Below, piece after piece: positions 1 through 10,794 of a stretch of 64,000 nt of DNA (the stretch's first letter is position 1; each line of letters starts with the position of its first letter). The position numbers were made by a program, and so were the translations under genes. Source of the stretch: an uncultured Gemmatimonadales bacterium (GTDB taxonomy: Bacteria > Gemmatimonadota > Gemmatimonadetes > Gemmatimonadales > GWC2-71-9); the NCBI GenBank assembly GCA_963730915.1, contig CAVSTR010000004.1, positions 535,014 through 599,013 of the forward strand, written 5' to 3'. The notes under the pieces are model-generated. The model worked only from the letters and a program-made list of their open reading frames with translations, was not told the origin of the DNA and ran no database searches.

Positions 1-236
1 TGGGGTGAACAAGGGCCGCATCGTTCCACCGATGTCGCCTGAACGTCTCGCGTCCACAGCCATCCTCGCGATCGGCGATGATCGCACCGATGAAGATCTA
101 TTCGCCGCAGTGCCGCCTGAAGGAATCACGGTGCGGGTTGGGCCCGGGACCCACGAGAGCCCGCTTCCGCCTCGAGAGCGTGACGGCAGTGAGAACCTTG
201 CTGCGATCGCTCGTGGAGGCCGAGGTCCCCCGATAG
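1..236 (+). pseudogene. otsB: trehalose-phosphatase 3' end (5' part outside window); reading frame broken near 146-149
   Basis: In frame with ORF 5..1561, ...ILAIGDDRTDEDLFAAVPPEGITVRVG is the C-terminal HAD motif of OtsB. The expected continuation PTRARFRLESVTAVRTLLRSLVEAEVPR-TAG(234-236) lies in the +1 frame. This implies one base too many around GGGCCCGGG (140-148). Confidence 0.5.
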
Positions 237-1561
237 CCATTCGCCATCCACCCGGGCTCACTGTCCTGTTCTTCACCGAGCTCTGGGAGCGCCTCGCCTA
301 TTACGGGGTGCGCAGTCTGCTCATCCTTTACCTCATCGATGCGACAACCGGCGGCCTGGGCTGGAGCCAGGAGAGTGCGAGCCGTCTATACGGATGGTTC
401 ACGGGCCTCGTCTATCTGACGCCGGTTCTCGGGGGCTGGGTCGCCGACCGGTATCTCGGTACCAGCCGATCTCTGGTTCTCGGCGGCGCGCTGCAAACGC
501 TGGGATACTTCATTCTGGCGCTGGGTCGCACATGGCCCCTCTTCGCTGGGTTGGGCCTGGTGGCGCTGGGCACCGGGTTCTTCAAGCCGAACGGCTACAC
601 TCTGGTCGGCCAACTGTATGCCCCAGGTGATCCCCGCCGCGACTCGGGTTTTACGGTGTATTACATGGCGATCAACGTGGGAGCCCTGCTGGGCCCGCTC
701 ATCTGTGCCTGGCTGGCTGCGGACCCGCGCTACGGCTGGTCGTACGGCTTTGCGACAGCGGGGGCGGCAATGCTGGTGGGCCTGATCTTTTATCTCTGGA
801 GTCGCGACTATCGGCTGGCAGGGCTCGGCCTACCTCCCGCTAAGGGTCCGTCAACGGCTGCAGCCCAGGCGCCCCTCAACCAGGACGAGCGGCGTCGGAT
901 CCTCGCGATCGCGATCATCACCGTGTTTGTCGTCTTCTTCTGGCTCGCCTTCGAGCAGGTGGGCTCATCGCTCAACGTGTTCGCGGCTCACCGAACCCAG
1001 CGGACGGTTGGAGGCTGGCTGTCCCTTCTCGTTCCGGGCAGGGAGATTCCTGCCGCGTGGTTTCAGGCGATCAATCCATTCTTCATTCTGTTGCTGGCAC
1101 CGCTCGTCGCGGGACTCTGGCGCTGGCTCGGACCGAGGGCACCCAGCACGCCGGCCAAGATGGCGCTGGGGCTGCTGTTGCTTGGCCTCGCCTATACTGT
1201 CATGGTCGTTGGCGCAGCGCAAAGCGACACGGGCTCCCGGGTGAGCCCGTGGTTTCTCGTGGTCTTCTACTTCGTCTTCAGCTGTGGAGAGCTCTGCTTT
1301 CTGCCGGTGGGGATATCGTTCGTGACTCAAACGGCGCCGGCCCGGTTGGCGTCCATGCTCATGGGCGCCTGGCTCACAGCCAACTTCTTCGCGAGTCTGA
1401 GCGGCGGCTATCTGGCAGGCATGGTGCAGCGCGTCGAGCGGGGCGAGGTCTTCAGCTTACTTGGCGGCCAGGCCGACTTCTTCCTGATATTCGTCGTGTC
1501 GTGCTTCCTGGCCGGAGGGGTGCTGACGCTGCTGGTCCCCACTCTGCGGCGGCTGCTCTAA
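131..1561 (+). CDS. POT/PTR2 family di-/tripeptide:proton symporter (DtpT-like)
   Basis: PTR2 signature FFTELWERLAYYGVRSLLILYL plus about 12 hydrophobic helices. The ORF-track start (5) reads through the otsB tail. GTG 131 is the last in-frame start before the conserved HPPGL..FF region, so the start is uncertain. Confidence 0.85.
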   Translation: MRVGPGTHESPLPPRERDGSENLAAIARGGRGPPIAIRHPPGLTVLFFTELWERLAYYGVRSLLILYLIDATTGGLGWSQESASRLYGWFTGLVYLTPVLGGWVADRYLGTSRSLVLGGALQTLGYFILALGRTWPLFAGLGLVALGTGFFKPNGYTLVGQLYAPGDPRRDSGFTVYYMAINVGALLGPLICAWLAADPRYGWSYGFATAGAAMLVGLIFYLWSRDYRLAGLGLPPAKGPSTAAAQAPLNQDERRRILAIAIITVFVVFFWLAFEQVGSSLNVFAAHRTQRTVGGWLSLLVPGREIPAAWFQAINPFFILLLAPLVAGLWRWLGPRAPSTPAKMALGLLLLGLAYTVMVVGAAQSDTGSRVSPWFLVVFYFVFSCGELCFLPVGISFVTQTAPARLASMLMGAWLTANFFASLSGGYLAGMVQRVERGEVFSLLGGQADFFLIFVVSCFLAGGVLTLLVPTLRRLL

Positions 1562-1978
1562 CTACGGAGAGCGGGCGGCGGCGGGGTCGATGTGCCGAAG
1601 GGCCCGCCGAGCCGACGCCGCAATCTCGTCGTTGATCTCCTCGTCCATCATGGTCTGAAGCCGGGGAACCGCGGCTTTCGCGGCGGGGCCGATCTCCATC
1701 AGGGCCACCGTGACCGGGAAGCGAACTGCCGGAATGGGGTCATCCAGTGCCTCGATCAGGGCAGGAACGGCCGCGGCTGCGGCCGGGCCCAGGCCGGCGA
1801 TTTCGTACGCCGCGGCATTCCGGGTCTGCGGAGACAAGCCCTTGAGGTCTGCGATCCACTGGCTCAGGGGCCGTCCCCCCGAGACCGGCTCACCGGATCT
1901 TGCGGCGGTTTGGGCCGGAGCAGATGAGCTGAGCATAAAAATCATGGCTCCCAGCGAAGCCAGTATTCGTTGCAGCAT
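1562..1978 (-). CDS. secreted HEAT-repeat (PBS-lyase-like) protein
   Basis: Signal peptide MLQRILASLGAMIFMLSSSAPAQ, then repeated helices AAVPALIEALDDPIPAVR / AAKAAVPRLQTMM. Its stop abuts the convergent POT stop. Confidence 0.55.
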   Translation of the reverse strand: MLQRILASLGAMIFMLSSSAPAQTAARSGEPVSGGRPLSQWIADLKGLSPQTRNAAAYEIAGLGPAAAAAVPALIEALDDPIPAVRFPVTVALMEIGPAAKAAVPRLQTMMDEEINDEIAASARRALRHIDPAAARSP

Positions 1979-2138
1979 ATTCTCCTCGGTGTCATGAGCC
2001 GGCTCGTTCGAGCGGGCACCCTGGGAATATAAGCCGCTGGCTCCCTGATCTCGGCTCCCCTGGTGTTCGCGGTCAGCAGGATCAATTCTTCATTACGCGA
2101 AACCGCGGGTACTCCGCTGCCGTAAAATGTAGGAGCCT

Positions 2139-4488
2139 ATGCATCTCGTACTGCTTCTGGCCCTCTATTCCGGCATCACCGATCCCCCAACCACCTATGA
2201 TGGTCGGGCGGGAAAGCTGGCGGTCCGCGCGCCCAGGATCGAGGTAGAGCCCGAGATCGACGGCAAGCTGGAGGAAGCGGTCTGGGGCGAAGCGGCGATC
2301 CTCACCGGCTTCTCCCAATTTTCGCCGGCTGATGGCGTGCCCGCGGCCGATTCGACGGCGGTACTGGTCTGGTACTCTCCCACCGCTATCCTGTTTGGGA
2401 TCCGAGCCTTCGAGGCCCACGGCTCGGTTCACGCGACACTCGCCGACCGAGACCGCATCGCCTCAGACGATCACGTCCAAATCCTGCTCAGCACCTTCAA
2501 CGACGGGCGCCAGGCAACTGTGTTTGCCGTCAATCCGTTTGGGGTGCAGTCAGACGGCGCTCTGGTGGAAACCGGATCCACGAGTGGAAACGGCTTCAAC
2601 AACGCTGTGGTGAAGCGTGAGGTGGCTGATCTGAGCCCTGACTTCGTCTTCGAGTCCAAGGGCAGGCTGACGGAATACGGGTATGAAGTAGAAGTACGGA
2701 TTCCGTTCAAGAGCCTCCGCTTTCAACCCCGGCGGGAACAGACCTGGGGAATCAATGTGGTGCGGCTGGTGCAGCACTCCGGGCACGAGGACTCCTGGGC
2801 CCCGGCGCGTCGCGCGAGCGCCTCCTTCCTCGGACAGTTCGGGCGGCTGGTAGGATTGACGGATATGCGCCGGGGCGTGGTCCTCGATTTCACTCCTTCG
2901 CTGACATCGAGGACGACCGGGTCTCCCGGTAGCGCCGGCTGGGATTACTCGGGTGGAGGCCCGGAGGTCGGTGGTACCGTACGCTGGGGAGTCACGAACA
3001 ACTTGACCCTCAACGGTACGGCGAACCCCGACTTCTCCCAGGTCGAGTCGGATGCGCAGCAGTTCGCCTTCGATCCGCGACAGGAAATCTTCTTTTCAGA
3101 GAAGCGTCCCTTCTTCCTCGATGGCATCGAACAGTTCAACACGCCCAACCTGCTGATCTACACCCGGCGGATCGTTCAGCCGGTCGCGGCCGCAAAGCTG
3201 ACCGGCAAGGCATTTGGAACCGATCTGGCGGTTCTGACCGCCGTGGACGACCGTATCGGCTCACTGACGGAAGACGAACATCCGGTCTACAACGTGCTCC
3301 GCGTACAGCGGGACGTGGGATCCCAGTCCCGTCTAGGTCTGGTGTACACGGACAGGATCGACGGAGATAACTACAACCGCGTCGCCGGTGCCGATGCCAG
3401 ACTCGTGTTCGGTGGGGTGTACAGCGCCCAGCTGCAGCTGGCCGGGAGCCGGACCCGCAGCCTCGGTACCACCACCTCGGCGCCACTGTGGTTCGGACAG
3501 TTCGCGCGAAATGGCCGCACCTTCGGACTTCGCTACACCATGCGGGGCATAGATGAGGAGTTCCGTGCCGGGAGTGGGTTCATCTCGCGACCCGGCATCG
3601 TTCAGACCACCCTGAATCATCGGCTTACGGTCTATGGCAAGCCGCGGGGTTTGATCGAGAGCTTTACCGGCGACGTCGCACTCGACGGAACATGGGAATA
3701 CCAGCGTTTCGTCGAGGGGCAGGGAATCCAGGACAAGAAGCTTCACTTCAACACCAACGCGACGCTTCAGGGTGGCTGGAAGGTGGGTGCATCGCTGCTG
3801 GTCGAATCATTCGGCTATCCCTCCGATCTCTACGAAGACTATGCTCTGGAGGTCCCGGCCGCGGTCGGCGTTGGTGTCGACACCGTGCCATTCACCGGCC
3901 AGCCGACCATTCCGAATCTCGACTACGTCCTCTCGCTCGACACCCCGGAGTTCGCCCACTTCTCAGGCAACATCTTCTTCCTCTGGGGCCACGACGAAAA
4001 TTTCTACGAGTGGGCGACGGCGAAGATCTCATGGCTCGACATCACTCTGGATTGGCGTCCAACCCACAAGCTGCGCGTCAACGGACTCTACCGGCTCCAG
4101 TAGTGTCGGCCGGCGGACGGATAACAGCACGGTGAACATCTGGCGCAGCCCACGGCTCAAGATCGAGTATCAGCTGTCGCGCCCGATTTTTCTGCGCGTC
4201 GTCGGTGAGTACACCACGGAGCGGCGTGACGCCCTTCGCGATGATACGCGGACCGGGGCGCCGGTGCTGATCTTCGATCACGATGCAGGCGCGTATGTCC
4301 GCACGACGCCCTTCGGTCACCGGTCCTTCCGGGGGGACTTCCTTTTCTCCTATCAACCCAATCCCGGGACGGTCCTCTTCGCAGGCTATGGGAGTACTCT
4401 CCGCGACCCTACCGTGCTCGGTCAATCGAACCTCCGGCGCGCGGAAGACGGATTTTTCCTCAAGCTCAGCTACCTCTTCCAACTGTAG
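2139..4488 (+). pseudogene. DUF5916 / CBM9-like domain outer-membrane beta-barrel protein; frame broken near 4090-4106
   Basis: The N-terminus EIDGKLEEAVWGEAA..FSQFSPADG..RDRIASDDHVQILLSTFNDGRQATVFAVNPFGVQSDG fits the CBM9-like/DUF5916 family. ORF 2139..4103 stops at TAG 4101. The barrel C-terminus (..RLKIEYQLSRPIFLRVVGEY..FFLKLSYLFQL) continues in the +1 frame (ORF 3772..4488). Confidence 0.6.
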
Positions 4489-4767
4489 ACAGTGCGAACT
4501 TTGGCACGCGTGTAGTCGGGCCGCTACAGCACGTGATCACGAGCAACAATCTCGAGGTTCAGCGCCACACCGTTGGCTGACGCCCGAGTAAGCTGAGATC
4601 ACCGAACAGCTTGTAAGTAGTTGTGATGCTCCTCACCTGAGCAACTGACGGGTGGCGTACCTCTTGCCCGTCAGCACTCCGAATTCCTCTTCATCCCTGC
4701 ACAACTGAAGGCAAGCCTCTGATCCCGGAGGCTTGGGTGCGGACCTACTCCGACTGGAGCAGTCGCG

Positions 4768-5982
4768 ATGCGGATCCTGGTGCTGAACTACGAGTATCCA
4801 CCACTGGGTGGCGGAGCCGCGGTAGCGACAGCCGCGGTGGCGCAGGGTCTCGCCGAGCGCGGCGTGCAAGTGGATGTCGTTACTGCTGGGACGGGCACCG
4901 CTGCCGATCGTTGCACTCCCGAGTCGGGGCATGAGCGATTCGAACATCCAGGTCTGAGGGTCTTTCGCGTCAGAAGCAGCCGTACCGGCGTGCACCAGGC
5001 AGGCATGGGTGACGCCGCGAGCTACCTGATAGCGGCCCTGCCGCTGATTCGACAGCTGATGCGCACCCACGCGTACGACGCGATCCACGTCTTTTTCTCG
5101 CTGCCCACAGGCGCACTGCTGCCCCTGCTCGACGTGCGCGACACCCCGGTAGTGGTCTCGCTGAGGGGCTCTGATGTTCCGGGCTACGATCCACACAATC
5201 GCCCCCTGCAACTCGCCCATTCTCTGCTCGCGCCGCTGACCCGCTGGATCTGGCGACGGGCCGATCGGGTCGTCGCGGTCTGCGAAAGCCTGGGCCGGCT
5301 GGCTCTGCACACCTGTCCCGATCTTCGCTACAGCGTCGTGCCCAATGGTGTAGACCTCTCGCTCTTTCACCCTCGTACCGACTCACGGCAACCCGGACCG
5401 ATTCGGTGCCTCGCCGTGGCCCGGCTCATCGAGCGCAAGGGATTGGGCGACCTCATCCGCGCCATGGCTCTGCTCGACCGCGGACGGTTTCAGCTGGAGA
5501 TCGTGGGCGGCGGGTCCGACGAGGTGATGCTGCGGGACCTCGCCGCGGAGCACGGGCTGGCGGAGGAAGTCCGGTTCATGGGGCCACTGCCGCGTGCCGA
5601 AGTCGCTCGACGTTACCGGGCCGCAGACATGTTCACCCTTCCTTCTACAGCCGAGGCGTTCGGCAATGTGTTCGCGGAGGCGCTGGCGTCGGGGCTGCCT
5701 ATCATCGGCAGCTCGATCGGTGGAATCCCTGATCTGGTGGAACACGGAATCAATGGCCTGCTGGTCCAACCCGGCAACATCGAAGCGCTGGCCGGGGCAA
5801 TCCGATATCTCGCGGATGATCCCGAGCTCAGGCTAGAGATGGCGCAGAGGAACCGCGCCAAGGCAGAGGCAAATCTGGAATGGTCGCAGGTGACCCGTCG
5901 CTACTTGGCAACCTATGAGGCGATGCAGAACCGGCGCCCTGCCGGCGCGCTGGTCGCCAAACCAACCGTGAGCGTCTCATGA
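4768..5982 (+). CDS. glycosyltransferase family 4
   Basis: MRILVLNYEYPPLGGGAAVA N-terminus and EAFGNVFAEALASGLPIIGSSIGGIPDLV region typical of GT4. Its stop overlaps the next start. Confidence 0.85.
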   Translation: MRILVLNYEYPPLGGGAAVATAAVAQGLAERGVQVDVVTAGTGTAADRCTPESGHERFEHPGLRVFRVRSSRTGVHQAGMGDAASYLIAALPLIRQLMRTHAYDAIHVFFSLPTGALLPLLDVRDTPVVVSLRGSDVPGYDPHNRPLQLAHSLLAPLTRWIWRRADRVVAVCESLGRLALHTCPDLRYSVVPNGVDLSLFHPRTDSRQPGPIRCLAVARLIERKGLGDLIRAMALLDRGRFQLEIVGGGSDEVMLRDLAAEHGLAEEVRFMGPLPRAEVARRYRAADMFTLPSTAEAFGNVFAEALASGLPIIGSSIGGIPDLVEHGINGLLVQPGNIEALAGAIRYLADDPELRLEMAQRNRAKAEANLEWSQVTRRYLATYEAMQNRRPAGALVAKPTVSVS

Positions 5983-7256
5983 ACAGTGTTCCGTTTTGGT
6001 TGACAGTGGACGCGGCGCGCACTTTCGCCGCGCTGCACCTGGACAACTGCGCTGTTGATGAGCTGGCCCGCGGCCGGTTGACGCGGCTGCTGTTCGATGC
6101 GGCACGCAACAACGCCTTCTACGGCCGCAGGCTGCAGGACGCCGGGATCGAATGGGCTGACCCGATTCTTTGGCTCGATCCCTATCGCGCACTGGCAGCA
6201 CTCCCGCCGGTCTCGAAGCTCGAGCTGCGGCAGGCTGGAGCGAATGCTCTGACGGGTGGACAGGTCCGCCGTGAGTGGCTCTCCTCTGCGTCGTCGGGAT
6301 CCACTGGCGAGCCATTCAGGGTCTACTATGAGCCCCGCGCGTGGGCCCGGCTGAAATACGCGGTGAAGCTTCGTGCGCGAAGGGCGTGCGGGCTCGGTCC
6401 CACAGACCGGGTGGCGATCCTCGACACGTCCAGACCATCAGCCCAGTCGCCGCTGCAGAGAAATCTCGGCTGGTCCCGCATCAGCGTGCTGCAGCCGGCC
6501 TCAGCCATGGCTGATGCTCTCGTCGCCTTCGCCCCAGATGTGATCTACGGGCTTCCCTCGGCTCTGCTCGAAGCCGGACATGCACTCCAGGCTCGCGGCA
6601 GCAAGCTGGATCTGAGCATGCTGTTCACCAGCGGGGAGCTGCTCAACGGATCCCGCGCTGCGTTGAAGACTCTGTACGAAGCGCCCGTGTATGACATCTA
6701 CGGCACCTCTGAAACCAAGGAGATCGCCTGGCAGTGCCCGGAAGGTGGTATGCACCTGAACTCGGACGTGGTTCGGCTGGAAGTACTGGACGATGCTGGA
6801 CGCACCCTACCGGCCGGCGAAGAGGGAAACCTGGTGGCCACCTTGCTCGTGAATCACGCCATGCCGCTGATCCGGTATCTCACCGGCGACCGCGGCGCGC
6901 TGTTGTCGGGGCGGTGCAGCTGCGGCCGTTCCTCACCTCTGCTTGGGGTGGTGAGCGGTCGGCTCGCGGACATGCTCGTACTCCAAGGCGGTCAGCGTAT
7001 CTCCCCCTATGCGCTCACCTCCGCGCTGGAACGGGTCGACGGATTACTCCGCTACCAGGTCAGTCAGCTCGACCCCGTGCGGCTTCGGGTACGTGCCATC
7101 GCTGAAGGCGCCGCTAATCGGGAGCGGATCGCGCATGAGATGCGTACGGCGCTGCGGTACGATGTCGCTCCGTTCATCGATGTCGATGTGGAGTTTGTCG
7201 ATCGGCTTCCCACCGGGCCCAGAGCGAAGTTCCGGGTGGTGGAGCCGCTCCAATGA
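5979..7256 (+). CDS. PaaK / coenzyme F390 synthetase / CapK-like adenylate-forming enzyme
   Basis: SSGSTGEPFRVYY AMP-binding motif and YGTSE. Size and two-domain layout match phenylacetate-CoA ligase-like proteins. It has 4-nt overlaps with both neighbours. Confidence 0.75.
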   Translation: MNSVPFWLTVDAARTFAALHLDNCAVDELARGRLTRLLFDAARNNAFYGRRLQDAGIEWADPILWLDPYRALAALPPVSKLELRQAGANALTGGQVRREWLSSASSGSTGEPFRVYYEPRAWARLKYAVKLRARRACGLGPTDRVAILDTSRPSAQSPLQRNLGWSRISVLQPASAMADALVAFAPDVIYGLPSALLEAGHALQARGSKLDLSMLFTSGELLNGSRAALKTLYEAPVYDIYGTSETKEIAWQCPEGGMHLNSDVVRLEVLDDAGRTLPAGEEGNLVATLLVNHAMPLIRYLTGDRGALLSGRCSCGRSSPLLGVVSGRLADMLVLQGGQRISPYALTSALERVDGLLRYQVSQLDPVRLRVRAIAEGAANRERIAHEMRTALRYDVAPFIDVDVEFVDRLPTGPRAKFRVVEPLQ

Positions 7257-8482
7257 CGGCTCCTGGTGCGATCATCATTGGAGGCTATGCCAACGGAGTG
7301 AGCGCCGTGCGTGGTTTGGCTCGAGCAGGGGTGCGAACGGCGGTCATCCTCACCAAACCGCACGACATCGCCCAGCACTCGCGCTATGCCCATGAGGCGC
7401 ACCCGGTCATGGATCTGCCGCAGCGCGCGGATGGGATGCTCGAGCTACTCCACCGTCATGCGGCGCGGTGGGCCGGGTGGGCGATCATTCCCACCAACGA
7501 CTATGCACTGACTGCCCTGGCGGAGCACCGCGAGATGCTCTCGCGTTGGTATCGAATAACCGTGCCCGATCCGGAAACCGTGAAGCGCGTAGTAGACAAG
7601 GGCGTGACCCAGCAGCTGGCACGGGAAGTCGGGGTAGATGTCCCTCGCTCGTATGGGCTGGCTTCGGAAATCGATGTCACCCGGCAAGACATCTGCTACC
7701 CGGTAGTAGTGAAGCCGTTGGAAAGCGCCCGGTTCTGGGAGACTTTCGGCAAGAAGCTGATCGTGGCGCGGACACGGGCTGAGCTGATGTCCGCCGTCAT
7801 TCAGGTGCGGCATACGGATATCGCTGCGGAGGTTTTCGATCTGGTTCCCGGTGCCGATGACCAGTTCTTCAACTACACCGTGTACATGGACCGGAACAGC
7901 CAGCCGGTCGCGGAGTTCTCGTTCCGGAAACTTCGTAAGGCCCCGCCGTACTACGGCGTAGGACGCGCGGCCCAAGTCGCAGACGCCCCTCACCTGCGTG
8001 AGCCGACGATCGCACTCCTCCAGCGAATCGGCTGGAAAGGCATTGCGAGCGCCGAGTACAAGCTGGACCCCCGTGACGGCCGTTACCGGCTCATGGAAAT
8101 CAATGGCCGCTGCTTTCTGACCCATGGCCTCCCTACTCGTTGCGGCGTGAACTATCCGCTCCTTGCGTGGCGCGAGCACGCGATGGGGGAGACGGTCAGC
8201 GCCAAACCGAATGATTGGAACGGTGTTTGGCTTCACCTGCACGCGGATCTGTTGTACACCGCGGTCCAGGAGCGGGGGGAGGAGTGGAGCTGGCGCGACT
8301 TCGTTCGCAGCTACCGCGGGCCCTGGGTCGATGCGGTATGGTCGCCGAGTGATCCGCTGCCGTTTCTAGCCCAATGGGGAGGCACGGCGCGCAAGGCCTT
8401 ACGCGGCATAGGCGATGCGCGACAGCTCGAGGAGGTACGCCGACGGTTCCAGTCCATGCCCGCACCCATGCCGGAGTCTTGA
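7253..8482 (+). CDS. ATP-grasp carboxylate-amine ligase (COG3919 / D-aspartate-ligase-like)
   Basis: Rossmann-like pre-domain IIIGGYANGVSAVRGLARAGV and ATP-grasp core YPVVVKP...AEYKLDPRDGRYRLMEINGR. Confidence 0.7.
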   Translation: MTAPGAIIIGGYANGVSAVRGLARAGVRTAVILTKPHDIAQHSRYAHEAHPVMDLPQRADGMLELLHRHAARWAGWAIIPTNDYALTALAEHREMLSRWYRITVPDPETVKRVVDKGVTQQLAREVGVDVPRSYGLASEIDVTRQDICYPVVVKPLESARFWETFGKKLIVARTRAELMSAVIQVRHTDIAAEVFDLVPGADDQFFNYTVYMDRNSQPVAEFSFRKLRKAPPYYGVGRAAQVADAPHLREPTIALLQRIGWKGIASAEYKLDPRDGRYRLMEINGRCFLTHGLPTRCGVNYPLLAWREHAMGETVSAKPNDWNGVWLHLHADLLYTAVQERGEEWSWRDFVRSYRGPWVDAVWSPSDPLPFLAQWGGTARKALRGIGDARQLEEVRRRFQSMPAPMPES

Positions 8483-9414
8483 TGAGATCAATCCACAAGC
8501 GGTCGGTCCCGTTGCCGCACCCGCTCACTCCATATCCGGAGCTGATCGTCAACTTCTGTCCGACAGGCATGATTCCGACCAAGGCCATGACACCGCACGT
8601 GCCTATCACGCCGGACGAGGTGATCGACGACGCGTGCCGGGCCCTCGAGCTGGGCGTCGCCATCGTGCACTTGCACGCGCGCGAGGCCGATGGATCGCCG
8701 ACGTACCGGGGCGAGATCTATGAAAAGATGATCCTCGGCATACGGAGACACTTCTCGGACGCGGTCATCTGCGTGAGCTGTAGCGGACGGAACTATCCGG
8801 AATTCGAGCAACGCAGCGAGGTGCTGGAGCTCAGCGGAGCCGCCCGACCGGACCTCGCCAGCCTGACACTCACAAGCCTGGATTTTCCCACCGGGACCAG
8901 CCAGAACGCACCGGATATGGTGCTGGCGCTGGGCGAGAAGATGGTTGCGCGGGGAATCAAGCCTGAACTCGAGTGCTTCGACTTCGGGATGATCAATGCA
9001 GCGAATGTACTCATCGGAAAAGGGCTGCTGGGAGAACCGCCGCACTACTTCAACCTGCTGCTGGGGTCGCGCTACTCGGTACCCGCCACTGCCCGCCACC
9101 TCTCCAACATGATCGAGGATCTGCCGCCCGATTCCCTCTGGTCGGCAACCGGTATCGGGCTGTTTCAGCTGCCGATGAATGTGCTCGCCATCGCGATGGG
9201 TGGCCACTGCCGGGTGGGGCTGGAGGACAACATCTACCACGGCTTTGATCGCGCAGAGCTGGCCACTAATGCGGGCCTGGTCGGGCGGGTAGCGCACATC
9301 AGTGAGACGTTCGGCCGACCGCTCGCCAATTCCACCACAGCGCGTGCACTACTCGGTCTGGGCCGCTCCGCTGGACGGGAACAACTCGCACGACTGGAGG
9401 CTATTCGCAGATGA
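8482..9414 (+). CDS. BKACE family enzyme (3-keto-5-aminohexanoate cleavage enzyme-like, DUF849)
   Basis: IVNFCPTGMIPTK, VAIVHLHAREADGSPT and GGHCRVGLEDN motifs. ATG 8482 overlaps the upstream TGA by 1 nt. The ORF-track start 8374 is upstream read-through. Confidence 0.8.
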   Translation: MRSIHKRSVPLPHPLTPYPELIVNFCPTGMIPTKAMTPHVPITPDEVIDDACRALELGVAIVHLHAREADGSPTYRGEIYEKMILGIRRHFSDAVICVSCSGRNYPEFEQRSEVLELSGAARPDLASLTLTSLDFPTGTSQNAPDMVLALGEKMVARGIKPELECFDFGMINAANVLIGKGLLGEPPHYFNLLLGSRYSVPATARHLSNMIEDLPPDSLWSATGIGLFQLPMNVLAIAMGGHCRVGLEDNIYHGFDRAELATNAGLVGRVAHISETFGRPLANSTTARALLGLGRSAGREQLARLEAIRR

Positions 9415-10751
9415 TCTCTGCCTCGCACTTCGTTCGGGCCACGCTGGCATTCCGGAGGCATCCAGGTGCCTCGCCTGCCGAGCTCAAGGAGTTCCAGGAT
9501 GCCGGGCTCCGGCGGCTGGTCTGCCACGCCTACGAAACAGTTCCATTCTACCGCAAGCTCTTCGATCGTCACCGGCTGCACCCGCGCCACATTCGGGGAA
9601 CTGTCGACCTCGATCTCATTCCCACTGTCACCAAACAAGAACTCCGATCTCAGGCTCTACGTAACGTGGTGGCGAGCGGACTCGATCCGGCGCAACTGCT
9701 GACCGCTCGAACCAGCGGGTCGTCCGGTGAGCCGTTCGTGATCCGGCGAACCTGGACCGAACAGAGCCTGCAATACTTTCTCCGGCTGCGGGCATACGGC
9801 TCACTCGGTGTCCGATTAGGTGATCGGATAGCAACCGTGGGGCTGGTGCGCCCGCCGAATCCGTCGGATCCCAAGGTGATCGGACGTGCGCTGCATGCAA
9901 CAGGATTCAAGCAGACTCTCAAGATCGACGGCTTTCAGGATCCCTCGGCTATCGTGGACCAGCTGGAGGCATATCGGCCGGACATCATCACGGGGATGCC
10001 GGGAATGCTCTGCCGGGTGGCCGATCATCTCTTGGGCCAAGAGGAGCGGAACGTGAGGCCGCGTCTCCTCATTGTGGGCGGCGAGGTGCTCACGCCGCTA
10101 ATGCGACGCCGTCTCGGGGAAGGGTTCAGCGCACCGGTTCGAGAGACATACGCCAGCCATGAATTCCCACTCCTTGGCTGGGAGTGCGCTCGTGGAGGTG
10201 AATTCCACACCTGTGACGATGGCGTGATCCTGGAAGTGCTTCATGAGGGGCGACCCGCCAGAGAAGGCGAGCGCGGGGAAGTTGTAGCCACCAATCTGCA
10301 TGCGTACGCCATGCCTTTCATCCGTTATCGGCTCGGCGACATAGCGACCAGAGGAGGACATCACCCGAATTGCGGCCAGCCTTTCTCGAGCATTCGAAGC
10401 ATTCAGGGCCGCATGATCGATTATTTCCCGCTGTCCGACGGCCGAGTGATCCACCCGTACCAGATCCTTTCCAGCTTCATTGCCGGCGGCGACAGCTGGA
10501 TCAGACAGTACCAGCTTCTGCAGGAACGTGAAGATCGCATCGTTCTTCGGGTGCTGCCGACGGAGGCACCGGGCTCAGAGCGTCTGGCCGCGCTGAAGCA
10601 ATCAGTGCTTTCACTACTGGGCCCACAGGTGGATTTCCAAGTACAGCTGGTGGCCGACATTCCGCTCGAGGAAACCGGCAAGTTCCGCCCCTCGCGTTCA
10701 CTGGTGCGCTCGACCCCACCCGAATTTGCGGTGGATGCGATCCGTGTCTAG
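9411..10751 (+). CDS. second PaaK/F390-synthetase-like adenylate-forming enzyme
   Basis: TSGSSGEPFVIRRT and ETYASHE motifs. Paralogue of 5979..7256, with a 4-nt overlap with the upstream gene. Confidence 0.75.
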   Translation: MISASHFVRATLAFRRHPGASPAELKEFQDAGLRRLVCHAYETVPFYRKLFDRHRLHPRHIRGTVDLDLIPTVTKQELRSQALRNVVASGLDPAQLLTARTSGSSGEPFVIRRTWTEQSLQYFLRLRAYGSLGVRLGDRIATVGLVRPPNPSDPKVIGRALHATGFKQTLKIDGFQDPSAIVDQLEAYRPDIITGMPGMLCRVADHLLGQEERNVRPRLLIVGGEVLTPLMRRRLGEGFSAPVRETYASHEFPLLGWECARGGEFHTCDDGVILEVLHEGRPAREGERGEVVATNLHAYAMPFIRYRLGDIATRGGHHPNCGQPFSSIRSIQGRMIDYFPLSDGRVIHPYQILSSFIAGGDSWIRQYQLLQEREDRIVLRVLPTEAPGSERLAALKQSVLSLLGPQVDFQVQLVADIPLEETGKFRPSRSLVRSTPPEFAVDAIRV

Positions 10752-10794
10752 CCACTCTCTTGTTAATCGAAAGTCCAGTTCGCTCCAGATCTTC

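Noticed and set aside
5-1561. A single 518-aa OtsB-POT fusion protein.
   Set aside because: The OtsB C-terminal tail with its own stop is visible in the +1 frame (to 236). The in-frame linker (THESPLPPRERDGSENLAAIARGGRGPP) looks like off-frame sequence. Two separate genes with a frame error is the more likely reading.
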